Assembly: GCA_016930515.1 (NCBI GenBank)
Contig: JAFGGO010000114.1
Coordinates: 1-64,000, forward strand
Direction: 5' to 3'
Length of the DNA: 64,000 bases
Source: Promethearchaeota archaeon
Lineage (GTDB): Archaea > Asgardarchaeota > Lokiarchaeia > Sigyniarchaeales > SOKP01
How positions within the stretch are numbered: position 1 is the stretch's first letter; each line of letters opens with the position of its first letter. Positions 1 through 9,296 of the stretch are shown here, piece after piece. A program made the translations under genes and the position numbers. Below the pieces are notes generated by a model. The model searched no databases. It was not told the DNA's origin and was given only the letters and a program-made list of their open reading frames with translations.

Positions 1-1598
1 CGACCATTACCGTCAATCCGGCGGACATGTATCCCGAGGCTCACTTCACGCCAAGTTCCACGAGCGTCGAAGTGGGAGGGGAGGTGTCGTTTGAATTCGA
101 TGGCGAATACGGAGATCCCGACGCAACCTTCCTCTGGGACTTCGACGACGGAACCACCTCCACGGATCGCAATCCAACGCATCAATTCACTTCCAGGGGA
201 ACCTACAACGTGAACCTGACCGTGACCGACGCTGACGGCGACGTGGATTTCTATAACGCAACCATTGTGGTTACTCCCATAGTAGCAGATCTCTATCCAT
301 ATGCGAGTTTTAAAGCGAATGCCACGATTATTGTCCAAGGACAATTCGTTAGCTTCGAGTTTAACGGCGACGAAGGGGACGGTTCGTTAACATTTTACTG
401 GGACTTTGGAGACGAAACGAGCAGCACGGACGAGAATCCCATCCATCGGTTCACCAACGTGGGAAAATATAACGTTACCTTGCTCGTGAGAGACGTCGAT
501 GGCGATCCAAGTTTCGCATGGTTGAATATTACGGTGGTCGAAAGCCTTGATATCGCGATCGAAGGCTTGACTGAGGGCGGATCAATCGTCAGGGATTCCA
601 ATTTCGAAATCAGGGTTACGTTAGACGAGGACGTAATTAACGACGTTTCGGTGCGAGTGATTATAAGCGGTCCGGTACAAGCGCCTATAAGGAATTCTGG
701 TACGGATTTCGAATTGGAAATGGTTTTGGAGTCGGGCGCCTGGGTGGGCTATTGGGACGCGAGCGCGTGCGCTCTTGGAGACTACGCGATTACGATTACC
801 GTGTTCGATAAAAACGATAACGTGATCCAAACGCAGTCGATAACGGTAACTCTTGAAAGCGAGATGCACCCCCCTTCGACAGGACTTCCCGTTGGTGTCG
901 TCGTTGCCGTCATTGGTGCTATATGCGCAGTGGCAATCTTGATGCCAGGATATGTTCTGACAAAGAAGTATCGAAACAAGAAAAATACCGTTCGAAATAA
1001 AGAGCTCAACAAGTTTCCAAAACCAAGACCAAAATCAAAATCGGATTCCCCGAACAAATATCGATCAGCAGGGGGAACTGCGGACTCGATGCTGGAGCTT
1101 CAAAAGACGGAAAGCGAGTTGGAGATTTTCGAAGATCGCGATGTGTGTCAAATCCACAAGGGGTTCATTAAAGGCGTTATCTTTTCGTGTCCGAAATGCA
1201 AGGCGAAATACTGCATGAAATGCGCAAGACTCATTGCCCAAAAAGATGAAGGGTGCTGGTTGTGCGGCCAAGATTTTCGAAGAGAGATTGATGCTTTAAT
1301 TCTCGAAGATCTCGAAGCAAATCCAATAGAACTCAAGGATATTTTCGATGAAAAGTCACTACAAGATTTTTTAAAGGAGAGCAATTTATTAAATGCATTA
1401 GGAGAGGGATGCGTTACGCTAGTTCCTCCCGAATTTCTCATAAAAGTCGACTCACTATCGTGGGAAAGCAACGAGGATAAAATCCAATTCTTGAAAGAAA
1501 TAATGGCCGTCCCATCCGAAATACGAGAGGAGTGCATCGAAGAAATGATTCGAGGTTTACAAGACGACTTTGATGGAAACAATGGTGAGGTTTTATGA
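1..1598 (+). CDS. Cell-surface PKD-repeat single-pass membrane protein with a cytoplasmic RING-like Zn finger (5'-truncated by the window)
   Basis: Frame is open upstream of ATG 27 to the window edge. Two PKD repeats (WDFDDGTTSTDRNPTHQF; WDFGDETSSTDENPIHRF), an Ig-like segment, TM helix VGVVVAVIGAICAVAILMPGYVL followed by a basic stop-transfer run, then C-x2-H-x10-C-x2-C-x4-C-x2-C-x10-C-x2-C at 1146-1265. Confidence 0.85.
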   Translation, partial: TITVNPADMYPEAHFTPSSTSVEVGGEVSFEFDGEYGDPDATFLWDFDDGTTSTDRNPTHQFTSRGTYNVNLTVTDADGDVDFYNATIVVTPIVADLYPYASFKANATIIVQGQFVSFEFNGDEGDGSLTFYWDFGDETSSTDENPIHRFTNVGKYNVTLLVRDVDGDPSFAWLNITVVESLDIAIEGLTEGGSIVRDSNFEIRVTLDEDVINDVSVRVIISGPVQAPIRNSGTDFELEMVLESGAWVGYWDASACALGDYAITITVFDKNDNVIQTQSITVTLESEMHPPSTGLPVGVVVAVIGAICAVAILMPGYVLTKKYRNKKNTVRNKELNKFPKPRPKSKSDSPNKYRSAGGTADSMLELQKTESELEIFEDRDVCQIHKGFIKGVIFSCPKCKAKYCMKCARLIAQKDEGCWLCGQDFRREIDALILEDLEANPIELKDIFDEKSLQDFLKESNLLNALGEGCVTLVPPEFLIKVDSLSWESNEDKIQFLKEIMAVPSEIREECIEEMIRGLQDDFDGNNGEVL

Positions 1599-2239
1599 AT
1601 ATGTCAAGTGAACTACTTGAAACAGAAAAAATTGTTTTTGATATGATTCGAGATCTTCTAAGCGAGAAACAAATTTTCGATAGCAAGAAGTTCGTATCGT
1701 TAATTATTTCGAAATTTGCGAATTTATCCATTAACATGAATAAAGAAGGAATCAAGCAGATATTATATTCTCTTATTTCGAAAAATATGATAATAGAAGG
1801 ATCAGCGCTTTCAATAGACGATGTTCTCACAAACGAAAATCGAAAGAATATATACGATCACTTGTGTTTAAATCCCGGAAAGTATGTTGCACAACTTATG
1901 AATGATTTAAAGTTAAGTCATCATGTTGTTGTTTGGCACCTTGCCATTTTGAGAAAATTTAATTTCATAGAAAAACAATCCTTCGATAACCATGTGCTTT
2001 ATTACGATTCAAGGATGGATTTTAGCGATGTGAAAAAATCATATTTAATATCAAAAAACAAGAAAATTCTGGATTATTTAAAACAAAACAACATTGGTGT
2101 TATTAAATCGCAAATTTCTAGTGATCTCAAAATGCACCTCACGACGCTCGATAGAAAATTAGAATTATTAGTAGAACACGGTTTAATTGCCAAGGAATAT
2201 ATTGATAATTCTTACCTTTTCTTTTGTAGCAAGCAATAA
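1595..2239 (+). CDS. Winged helix-turn-helix transcriptional regulator (tandem ArsR/MarR-like wHTH)
   Basis: NENRKNIYDHL-x2-NPG...LMNDLKLSHHVVVWHLAILRKFNFI and a second HTH (SQISSDLKMHLTTLDRKLELLVEHGLI). ATGA overlap with the upstream stop. Confidence 0.8.
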   Translation: MNMSSELLETEKIVFDMIRDLLSEKQIFDSKKFVSLIISKFANLSINMNKEGIKQILYSLISKNMIIEGSALSIDDVLTNENRKNIYDHLCLNPGKYVAQLMNDLKLSHHVVVWHLAILRKFNFIEKQSFDNHVLYYDSRMDFSDVKKSYLISKNKKILDYLKQNNIGVIKSQISSDLKMHLTTLDRKLELLVEHGLIAKEYIDNSYLFFCSKQ

Positions 2240-2410
2240 TACTAACAACATTTTTAAAAAAATATCCAATTTTTTTTATATAATTCTGGGAATCGTGCTT
2301 TTCAACAATTAAAGCAGGAAGAAATTAAGATGGTATAAGCTTTTTTTTTTCAAGATTTTTTAGTATTTTTAGCAACATGTCTTTAATACAATTCAAACAT
2401 TTTATAAATC

Positions 2411-2539
2411 ATGGACAAGTGTAAAAAATGCGGCATGATCCGTTCGATGAAAGACTTGGTGCGCCTCGAAGATGGTTCTTTGCTTTGTTTTTCATGTTGG
2501 AACAAACGCTTGAAAGAACGGGAAAGCGAAGTTGATTAA
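2411..2539 (+). CDS. 42-aa zinc-finger microprotein (not in the ORF track)
   Basis: ATG 2411 to TAA 2539 gives MDKCKKCGMIRSMKDLVRLEDGSLLCFSCWNKRLKERESEVD, with two CxxC pairs. GC-richer than the flanks. Confidence 0.65.
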   Translation: MDKCKKCGMIRSMKDLVRLEDGSLLCFSCWNKRLKERESEVD

Positions 2540-3037
2540 TGAGAACTCATGTTAAATCTTTATAATTTTGAGCTTTTTGAGAATTTAACTTGTCTTGTAT
2601 AATAATTAAATTATTTTTTTTTATAACATCAATTTTTTCAATAATTTTTAGATGTACCGACCTTTCAATACTCCAATCACGGATATGTTTGCAAACGCAA
2701 CGATGTTTAAAACAATCTCAAAAATTTAGATATTTAAATCGATTGAGGCAATATTAACTAATAAAGTAGGATATTCCTTCGAGTTTGATACATTAGAATT
2801 TTAAAAATTTTGTCCTTTTCATAACTTTAGATTTCGCCGTTGGTAAATCTAGCGTTTTGAGTCATTTCTGAAATTCCATAATAGGTTCATTCAAAATTAA
2901 ATTACTCTATTATAAAAAGATTCCAGATTAAAAAAAGAATTAATTGTTTTTAGGATTCTTAAAATTGAAATAACGATAATAAAAGGGTATTAGTGATAGA
3001 ATAATAAATCCTAAAAGGTGGGAGCAATTTAAGCCGT

Positions 3038-3250
3038 TTATTCGTAAGAGAATAAGAAAGTATAATTTTCCAAGGTAAATTTTTTAATCCGAATATCCTT
3101 CTGCGATTTGTCTTTAAGGAGGGGTATCTTAACGACGAACTTGTAATCGTCGAGATAAACATTATCGTAGAAAGTATTCTGGATTTTGTCGAAATCTATA
3201 AACTTGCTTAGATTTAAATTTTCTTCTGCCAAGGGTGTTTGCATGGACAT
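3038..3250 (-). CDS. Small hypothetical protein (70 aa)
   Basis: Isolated ORF with protein-like composition and a minus-strand TATA (TTTATATA) near 3409-3416. No recognisable motif. Confidence 0.5.
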   Translation of the reverse strand: MSMQTPLAEENLNLSKFIDFDKIQNTFYDNVYLDDYKFVVKIPLLKDKSQKDIRIKKFTLENYTFLFSYE

Positions 3251-3421
3251 TTTTTTTCTCGTTTTTCATATTTTACTTTATAGGAGTGATTTTACGACTC
3301 CAGCGTTCATGCCGAAAAAAATCACCTTTGTACTTTCAAACGGTAACTTGGAAAATAGATGAAACTCTTATCGAAAATTGCTCCCATTATGATCGTGGTT
3401 AACCGCCATATATAAATGTTT

Positions 3422-3443
3422 CGACTTTTTGGTCAAAAAGTCG
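3422..3443. promoter_or_regulatory. Perfect palindrome, candidate transcription-factor site
   Basis: CGACTTTTTG-GT-CAAAAAGTCG (10-bp arms) directly upstream of the minus-strand TATA box at about 3409-3416. Confidence 0.5.
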
Positions 3444-3842
3444 TTTGAATAAAAGCGTTTGAATTGATAGAAGCATTTAGCGCTCTATATCGTACAGTAT
3501 ATATTAGTTAAGAATTTAACATTATATCTTGGGAACCTTATTTAAAGGAGAATTTCTAAAAACTTTATTGCGTGATGGATTCACGATCGATATAAAGTTT
3601 TTGTTGATAATTAAAGCGAGTTTATTTTCCCTTGAACATTCAAATTCTAGCAGAAATTTAATAATTTAAAAGGATTTTTAATCTCAATAGAGGGAAAAAC
3701 TAGTTGCTTTAGTTGTATTTTAGGAAATCATTTATACGGAAAGCAACTTTTCCCATAAATAAGTCAGTGAAAAAAAAAGTGATCAAAAACGAGAAAGAAA
3801 GGAGAGACAGATCAATTTAAGGATTACCTCAAGCATCAGGTT

Positions 3843-4265
3843 ATGAATAACGCAAATAAAATTAAGGGAAAGCATCCGCCCATGATTAGGATCGTTGGAA
3901 AAGAGCGAAGAGTTTTAAAAGTCAACGCATTATACGATCTTGATTATCTTTTCAAGAATTTTTTTCTATTCGTGCTAAATGATAAATCAGAAAAGGCTAA
4001 AACCAAATATTACTTAGCCATATTATTGGCAAGCCAGAGTTCTGATTTTTTATCCGAGTTGGCCAAGAAGGGAATGTCTAAAAGCGATAATTTCAAGCTT
4101 ATTCAATATTCAACTTACCCTAAATCTTCTCGCACGAGTTTGTTGCTTCTAAAAGAATGCACATCACTAGAAGAGTATAAATCAACAATAACATTATTAC
4201 AGGAAAATCGAACGCGGTTTCGCAAGAAAATAATTGCCCTAGTTGAACGGGTGGAACCTCAATAA
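3843..4265 (+). CDS. Hypothetical protein (140 aa)
   Basis: Long ORF co-oriented with pyk. No motif recognised. Confidence 0.65.
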   Translation: MNNANKIKGKHPPMIRIVGKERRVLKVNALYDLDYLFKNFFLFVLNDKSEKAKTKYYLAILLASQSSDFLSELAKKGMSKSDNFKLIQYSTYPKSSRTSLLLLKECTSLEEYKSTITLLQENRTRFRKKIIALVERVEPQ

Positions 4266-4341
4266 TTATAAACAAGTAGTTCATAATAATATTAATGTAA
4301 ATTTTTCCAAGAACACTAAAATAGCGTAGAGAAGATAAGTC

Positions 4342-5802
4342 ATGTCGTTTCGAGAACACACGGTTAAAATCGTGGCAACATTAGGCCCTGCCTCGACTTC
4401 AAAAAAGATGCTAAGCAATCTCATTAATGCGGGTGTAGATCTATTTCGCTTGAACTTTTCCCATGGAACGCACGAGGAAAAACGAGAACTCGTCCAGAGG
4501 ATTCGAGAAGTTAGCGACACGATCGGCATATTAGCTGACATTCAAGGTCCAAAGATGCGAGTAGGTACCTTCAAGGAAAAATCGTATAACCTCAATGTCG
4601 GTCAAGAGATCGCCGTATACGAAAAGGAAATCGAGGGGGATAACGAACAATTTTCAATACCATTGCCAGGTTTTTTAAATACGATGAAAAGAGGAGATAT
4701 TTTTTACATTAATGATGGCATCATCAAGGTCCAAGTAGATAAGGTTTTAAAAGACCATCTCGTCGCAAAAGTACTAGCTGGAGGGTCTATTAGCGATAGA
4801 AAAGGCGTGAACATCCCAAGAGGAGACTTGCAACAAAAAGTTCCCACTGAAAAAGACATTAAAGATCTCGAGTTAATAGCCGAGCTCGACCCGGAATACG
4901 TGGCCATCTCGTTCGTGTCTAGTGGCGACGACGTCCTTCATGTTAAAAAGATTCTTGAAAATTACGGTAACGATAAAATCAAGCTTATATCGAAGATCGA
5001 GCGCCCAATAGCCCTGGATAATTTTGATCGCATCCTCACGGTAAGTGATGGCATCATGATTGCTCGAGGTGATTTAGGCGTGGAAATTGAACCAGACCAA
5101 GTACCTCTCAGGCAAAAAGAATTGATCTACAAGTGCAACAGGGAGGGAAAACCCGTGATCGTTGCCACGCAAATGTTAGAATCAATGATAACGAACCCCA
5201 TTCCAACCAGGGCCGAAGCCAACGATATATACAACGCCGTAATCGATAGAACCGACGCCGTCATGTTGAGCGCCGAAACGGCAGTTGGTAAATACCCTAT
5301 TAACGCCGTTAATGTTATGAGAAAAATTTCTCGCACCGCCACCGAGCACATGCAGCCCAGGTCTCCTGACGACTTCGACTCCGAGCGCTTGACACACACC
5401 CAAACCTTAGGACACGCCATTTACGACTTGGCTAAAGAAATGAAGGACCTTAACTTTAGGGGAAAAATTTTAGTCATCACCAGAGAAGGTTTTGGAGTAA
5501 AAATGATTGCTAAGTTTCGCCCAGAACTCCCTATAATCGCCATCACGCCTTCGAAGAGAACCGCTAGAGAACTAAATCTCATATGGGGCGTGCATCCCAT
5601 TTTTCTTGACGACCCAGATTTTTACGAGATGGACGTGGAAAGCATCATAGAGCGATCTGTTAAAAATTCGGTAGAAATTGGAATGGTAGACGAAAACGAA
5701 CATGTTATAATATTACTGGTCTCTAGGAAATACCAAAGAAGAGGTAATGTGATAGGATTGTATTATGTTGGCGAGATTCTCGAAGGTATAAAAGAAGAGT
5801 GA
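4342..5802 (+). CDS. pyk: Pyruvate kinase
   Basis: KIVATLGPAS, FRLNFSHG, DIQGPKMRVG, SKIER, GIMIARGDLGVE, VIVATQMLESM, PTRAEANDIYNAV, DAVMLSAETAVGKYP. Confidence 0.97.
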   Translation: MSFREHTVKIVATLGPASTSKKMLSNLINAGVDLFRLNFSHGTHEEKRELVQRIREVSDTIGILADIQGPKMRVGTFKEKSYNLNVGQEIAVYEKEIEGDNEQFSIPLPGFLNTMKRGDIFYINDGIIKVQVDKVLKDHLVAKVLAGGSISDRKGVNIPRGDLQQKVPTEKDIKDLELIAELDPEYVAISFVSSGDDVLHVKKILENYGNDKIKLISKIERPIALDNFDRILTVSDGIMIARGDLGVEIEPDQVPLRQKELIYKCNREGKPVIVATQMLESMITNPIPTRAEANDIYNAVIDRTDAVMLSAETAVGKYPINAVNVMRKISRTATEHMQPRSPDDFDSERLTHTQTLGHAIYDLAKEMKDLNFRGKILVITREGFGVKMIAKFRPELPIIAITPSKRTARELNLIWGVHPIFLDDPDFYEMDVESIIERSVKNSVEIGMVDENEHVIILLVSRKYQRRGNVIGLYYVGEILEGIKEE

Positions 5803-6046
5803 TTTTATCCTCCATATTTAACCTCACTAGAGAGAATGAAATTGCAGTATAAACATTGAAATAAGATTAAATAGCATTAAAAGTTTATATCGCCCATAAC
5901 GAACAATAATTCTTTACGATACTTTTTTTAAAGTGCACTATTGTGTATAAGGTAGTTCCTAATTTTATCTAACGGATTGAAATTTAGTAAGTTAGTTGGG
6001 GAACAACCTATCATTACAATGTTAAAGCATACATTAATGGTGAAAG

Positions 6047-6358
6047 ATGGTTCAAAAATCAAAAAATTTTAGCGATCAAATCAGGGAGTTAGAAAATCAG
6101 TTGAAAAGTAGTTCTGATTCCATCGTGTCCGTAAACACGAAATATCGGGCTTCACAGGATAAGATCGATAAGCTAAATAGGATATTAAACGAAGAACGAG
6201 AACAAATTATAACGCTTATTCAAGTTATCAACGAGTTGTGCGAAAAATGCGATGAATTAGATTTTATCATCAATCCAGAAGATTTAAAGATGCTCAATAA
6301 TTCAGAGGCCTTAATTTTGATTAATAATGCCATTAGAGCCATTACAAATAAAAAATAA
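6047..6358 (+). CDS. Coiled-coil hypothetical protein
   Basis: Heptad pattern (IRELENQLKSS...IDKLNRILNEEREQIITL). Confidence 0.6.
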   Translation: MVQKSKNFSDQIRELENQLKSSSDSIVSVNTKYRASQDKIDKLNRILNEEREQIITLIQVINELCEKCDELDFIINPEDLKMLNNSEALILINNAIRAITNKK

Positions 6359-6434
6359 TCAATAAAAAGTAGAACAAAATTCAGGTTAGTCCTGCGTTGT
6401 TCAAGTTTATTCATTTAAGATTTATTTCGAATGG

Positions 6435-7694
6435 TTAATCGTTGACAATAACGCCTTTTTTCATCAGTTTTTTGATAATTTTTTGCATCGATTTCGAAAA
6501 ATTAAGAGATGTGTTCATATTTATATTTATAGTTTTTAGTGACTCAAGGGATATTAACGACTCGGGGATATTTTTCAAGTTATTCTGCTGAAAATCCAAA
6601 ACTTCCAAATTGTTAAGTTTTTGAACATCCACTTGGAATGTTTCGAGGAGATTATTCGAAAAAATTAATATTTTCAAGGATTCAAGGCTCGTTAACTGGT
6701 CTGGAACCTCTTTAAAATGATTGTTTTTCAAGATAAGCACTTCCAGATTTCGTAATTTTCCTATTGTTTGTGGCAGGGTTTCCAGATCGTTATCTCGAAA
6801 GTTTAAAAACTTAAGATTAGTCAATTCTCCTATAGAGTTTGGAAGGGTTGATAAGAAATTATCGTGTAAATCAAAATTTACCAGAGATTTTAAATTCTTG
6901 ATGGATTCTGGGAGCGTATTCATCTTATTATCTCCCATATAAAGGATTTCGAGCTTTTCTAATTTAATTAATGGTTCCGGAAATTCCGTAATTCGATTAA
7001 AATGAAGATATATTTCTTTAAGTGCGGCAAGCGTTCCAATTGAATCAGGAAGTACGGTTAGTCCTGCTTCGCGCAATCCAAGTTTTGTTACTCGATTGTT
7101 TTCAACCGAAAAACCCATCTCAGTTTCCCATGTTATCTTATCCACTGGGGAAAATTGCATTCCCGTCATGCGTTCGAGTTCTTGGAGCACATCGACTTCG
7201 AATTGAAATATTTCTGCCCCCCAAAATGGTACAATTTCGTTAGGATCTTTTTTCTTCGCTCTAATATCTTCGTATGCTGTAATCCCACCTATTCCCTTGA
7301 TATCTAATTTTTTCAAGATCAAGGCGTAAATTTCTTCGATCGTTACATCTAAATCCCATGGCTTAAACATTACGCCTAATTTCGTTGTTAACAAGGGAGG
7401 GATGTCTTTCTCTTCGTTAAATATTGGAATGATCTTTTTTTCGATTTTTAAAGCAGATTGCCATTCCATTTCCACGGCTTTTGAATCTAGAGCGTTTATG
7501 GAACAAAAAAGCAACACTAGATCGCATTTTCCTAAGTAATCGTTCATATACTTGTATATATCATCTTTCATGTCCTCTTGCCAATATAGCACATTTTCGA
7601 TTTCGTTCTTTTCAACCAATTTTTCAGCAATTTCTTTTATCTTAAACCATTCTGCGTCTTTCGTTGCGTAACTCACAAATATTAAAATTCCCAT
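6435..7694 (-). CDS. TIR domain + leucine-rich-repeat protein
   Basis: TIR motifs IFVSYATKD, CDLVLLFCSINALDSKAVEMEW and IIPIF. About 8 LRRs of the LxxLxLxxNxLxxLPxSIGxL type. Start placed at MGILIF (7694); the ORF track starts at 7739. Confidence 0.9.
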   Translation of the reverse strand: MGILIFVSYATKDAEWFKIKEIAEKLVEKNEIENVLYWQEDMKDDIYKYMNDYLGKCDLVLLFCSINALDSKAVEMEWQSALKIEKKIIPIFNEEKDIPPLLTTKLGVMFKPWDLDVTIEEIYALILKKLDIKGIGGITAYEDIRAKKKDPNEIVPFWGAEIFQFEVDVLQELERMTGMQFSPVDKITWETEMGFSVENNRVTKLGLREAGLTVLPDSIGTLAALKEIYLHFNRITEFPEPLIKLEKLEILYMGDNKMNTLPESIKNLKSLVNFDLHDNFLSTLPNSIGELTNLKFLNFRDNDLETLPQTIGKLRNLEVLILKNNHFKEVPDQLTSLESLKILIFSNNLLETFQVDVQKLNNLEVLDFQQNNLKNIPESLISLESLKTININMNTSLNFSKSMQKIIKKLMKKGVIVND

Positions 7695-7985
7695 CGCATA
7701 ATCCCGCTTTTTGTGATTTGTTCTATTGATAAACATCATAAAATGACATGTTTTTAAAATATTCTGGTTTAAAACATTTCCGTGAAAATAAACATATCTC
7801 GTGAGTAATTTTAAAATCTAATTTAAAAAAAAAAAGCTGTTTTAGTTCTTAAAAATTGAGGATATCAATTTACTTATACAGAACCCAGCAAATGATTTGT
7901 TTTAATATCTGGGGGGGAAAGGATTTAATTTTTTCCACAATTGATTTTATAATTTTTAAAGACTTGAGTAAATAAAAAAAAAATA

Positions 7986-9032
7986 TTAAGAACTAGACGC
8001 AGATACCGTAATATCACCCGTTACCGTACTAAGGGAGCATATATACGCAGACTCTGCCACATCAAAATCGTTTGAGACAAACTGTGCTCCGCTTCCATTA
8101 CCATTACTCGAGAATCCAGACGCCGCGCCAACGAATGTATTTGAGCCTGTTGTATAAGTACCCGTAAATCTTGCCCCCACATTTGATAGGTTGTCCGCGT
8201 AAGTCACGCGTATCGATCCAGTGGTCGTGGAAAATGATCCCAAAACGCTTGCACCAGGCATCACTTGCTGAATAATATCTGCAGAAACACCCCCCGTTAA
8301 CGTTATTAAGGTCATATCGCAATCACCAGTAAAGACGGGATTCGTAGCGTAGAAAGAGACGCTCCCCGTGACTGCCTTTCCAAATACATTTCCGCCAATC
8401 GAGCAATTTTCAAGGTTTATTAAAACATTTCCAGTAGTTGTTTCGCATGTAATTCCATCGTCAAGCGCTATTTCTGTTCCGATCGCGTCTATCGATCCCG
8501 TGGTTGTTTTCAATCGAATTTCCTTAAAGCAAGATCCTACGATGGTGTTCAAGGAAATATCTCCCGTAATTGCGGTGCACGCAATATTATACTTCACATC
8601 CGTGCGTAACGTGACCACAATCGAATTTCGTTCGGATTTAAACCACGATGAAGGGTTCGCAAAGCTTGAAGGACGACTTTCTAAGGAAAACGATGCCCCC
8701 GTGGAATTCTCCCAGTTGATAGGTTGATAATAATTCGTATATGTCGTTCCTTTCACAAAACCACCTTCAATTAGGAAATTTACATCAACCCTGACCAAAT
8801 GTTCCGTTGGAGTATCGTTGTAACGTATCGAAACGCTAGCAGTTGAGGCGTAAAGGTCGAGTTCTTCGAATGTTGACGGAGAAGTATTATCGTAATAATA
8901 CACGAAGGATTCTTGATATACTGAGTAATTAACCGTGAAAGCAATGGCAAACACGAAACCTGCAGTTAAGAAGGCCGAGATGACGAGACTCGCCACGATT
9001 AACTTTTTATTTTTTATAGTCGTTTTTTTCAC
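7986..9032 (-). CDS. Membrane-anchored beta-strand-repeat (DUF4097/adhesin-like) surface protein
   Basis: Basic N-terminus plus TM helix. Repeated (T)TTG(S/D/N)(I/V) motifs; Ser/Thr/Gly-rich. Confidence 0.75.
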   Translation of the reverse strand: MKKTTIKNKKLIVASLVISAFLTAGFVFAIAFTVNYSVYQESFVYYYDNTSPSTFEELDLYASTASVSIRYNDTPTEHLVRVDVNFLIEGGFVKGTTYTNYYQPINWENSTGASFSLESRPSSFANPSSWFKSERNSIVVTLRTDVKYNIACTAITGDISLNTIVGSCFKEIRLKTTTGSIDAIGTEIALDDGITCETTTGNVLINLENCSIGGNVFGKAVTGSVSFYATNPVFTGDCDMTLITLTGGVSADIIQQVMPGASVLGSFSTTTGSIRVTYADNLSNVGARFTGTYTTGSNTFVGAASGFSSNGNGSGAQFVSNDFDVAESAYICSLSTVTGDITVSASSS

Positions 9033-9267
9033 CTATCTTCTTATTTTTTTTGTTTTTAATTATGATATATCGGCTTCAAAAGAAAAAAGATCTCGAGACC
9101 AATTTTTCGAATTTATAATATAATAATAATAAAAAATTGGAAATTGACTCCTTTTTTAGGAGTAATATCGTGGAAAAATTGCTTAAAAGTTGTCCTAAGC
9201 TTTTAATGAATATTTTAAAAAAAATCGTAATGTTTAAATATGTAAGTTGTCTTATGTAAATTAAAGG

Positions 9268-9296
9268 TTGACAAAACAGATTTTATATGGGATAAT
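9268..9296 (+). promoter_or_regulatory. Promoter of the grpE operon: TATA-like box (TTTTATAT 9281-9288) nested in a sigma70-like TTGACA-N17-GATAAT
   Basis: TTGACA 9268-9273, 17-nt spacer, TG at 9288-9289, GATAAT 9291-9296. SD GGAGG at 9317-9321. Confidence 0.5.

Noticed and set aside
9116-9131. (TAA)n microsatellite and poly-A/T tracts
   Set aside because: Ordinary low-complexity DNA and probable poly-T terminators in an AT-rich genome.
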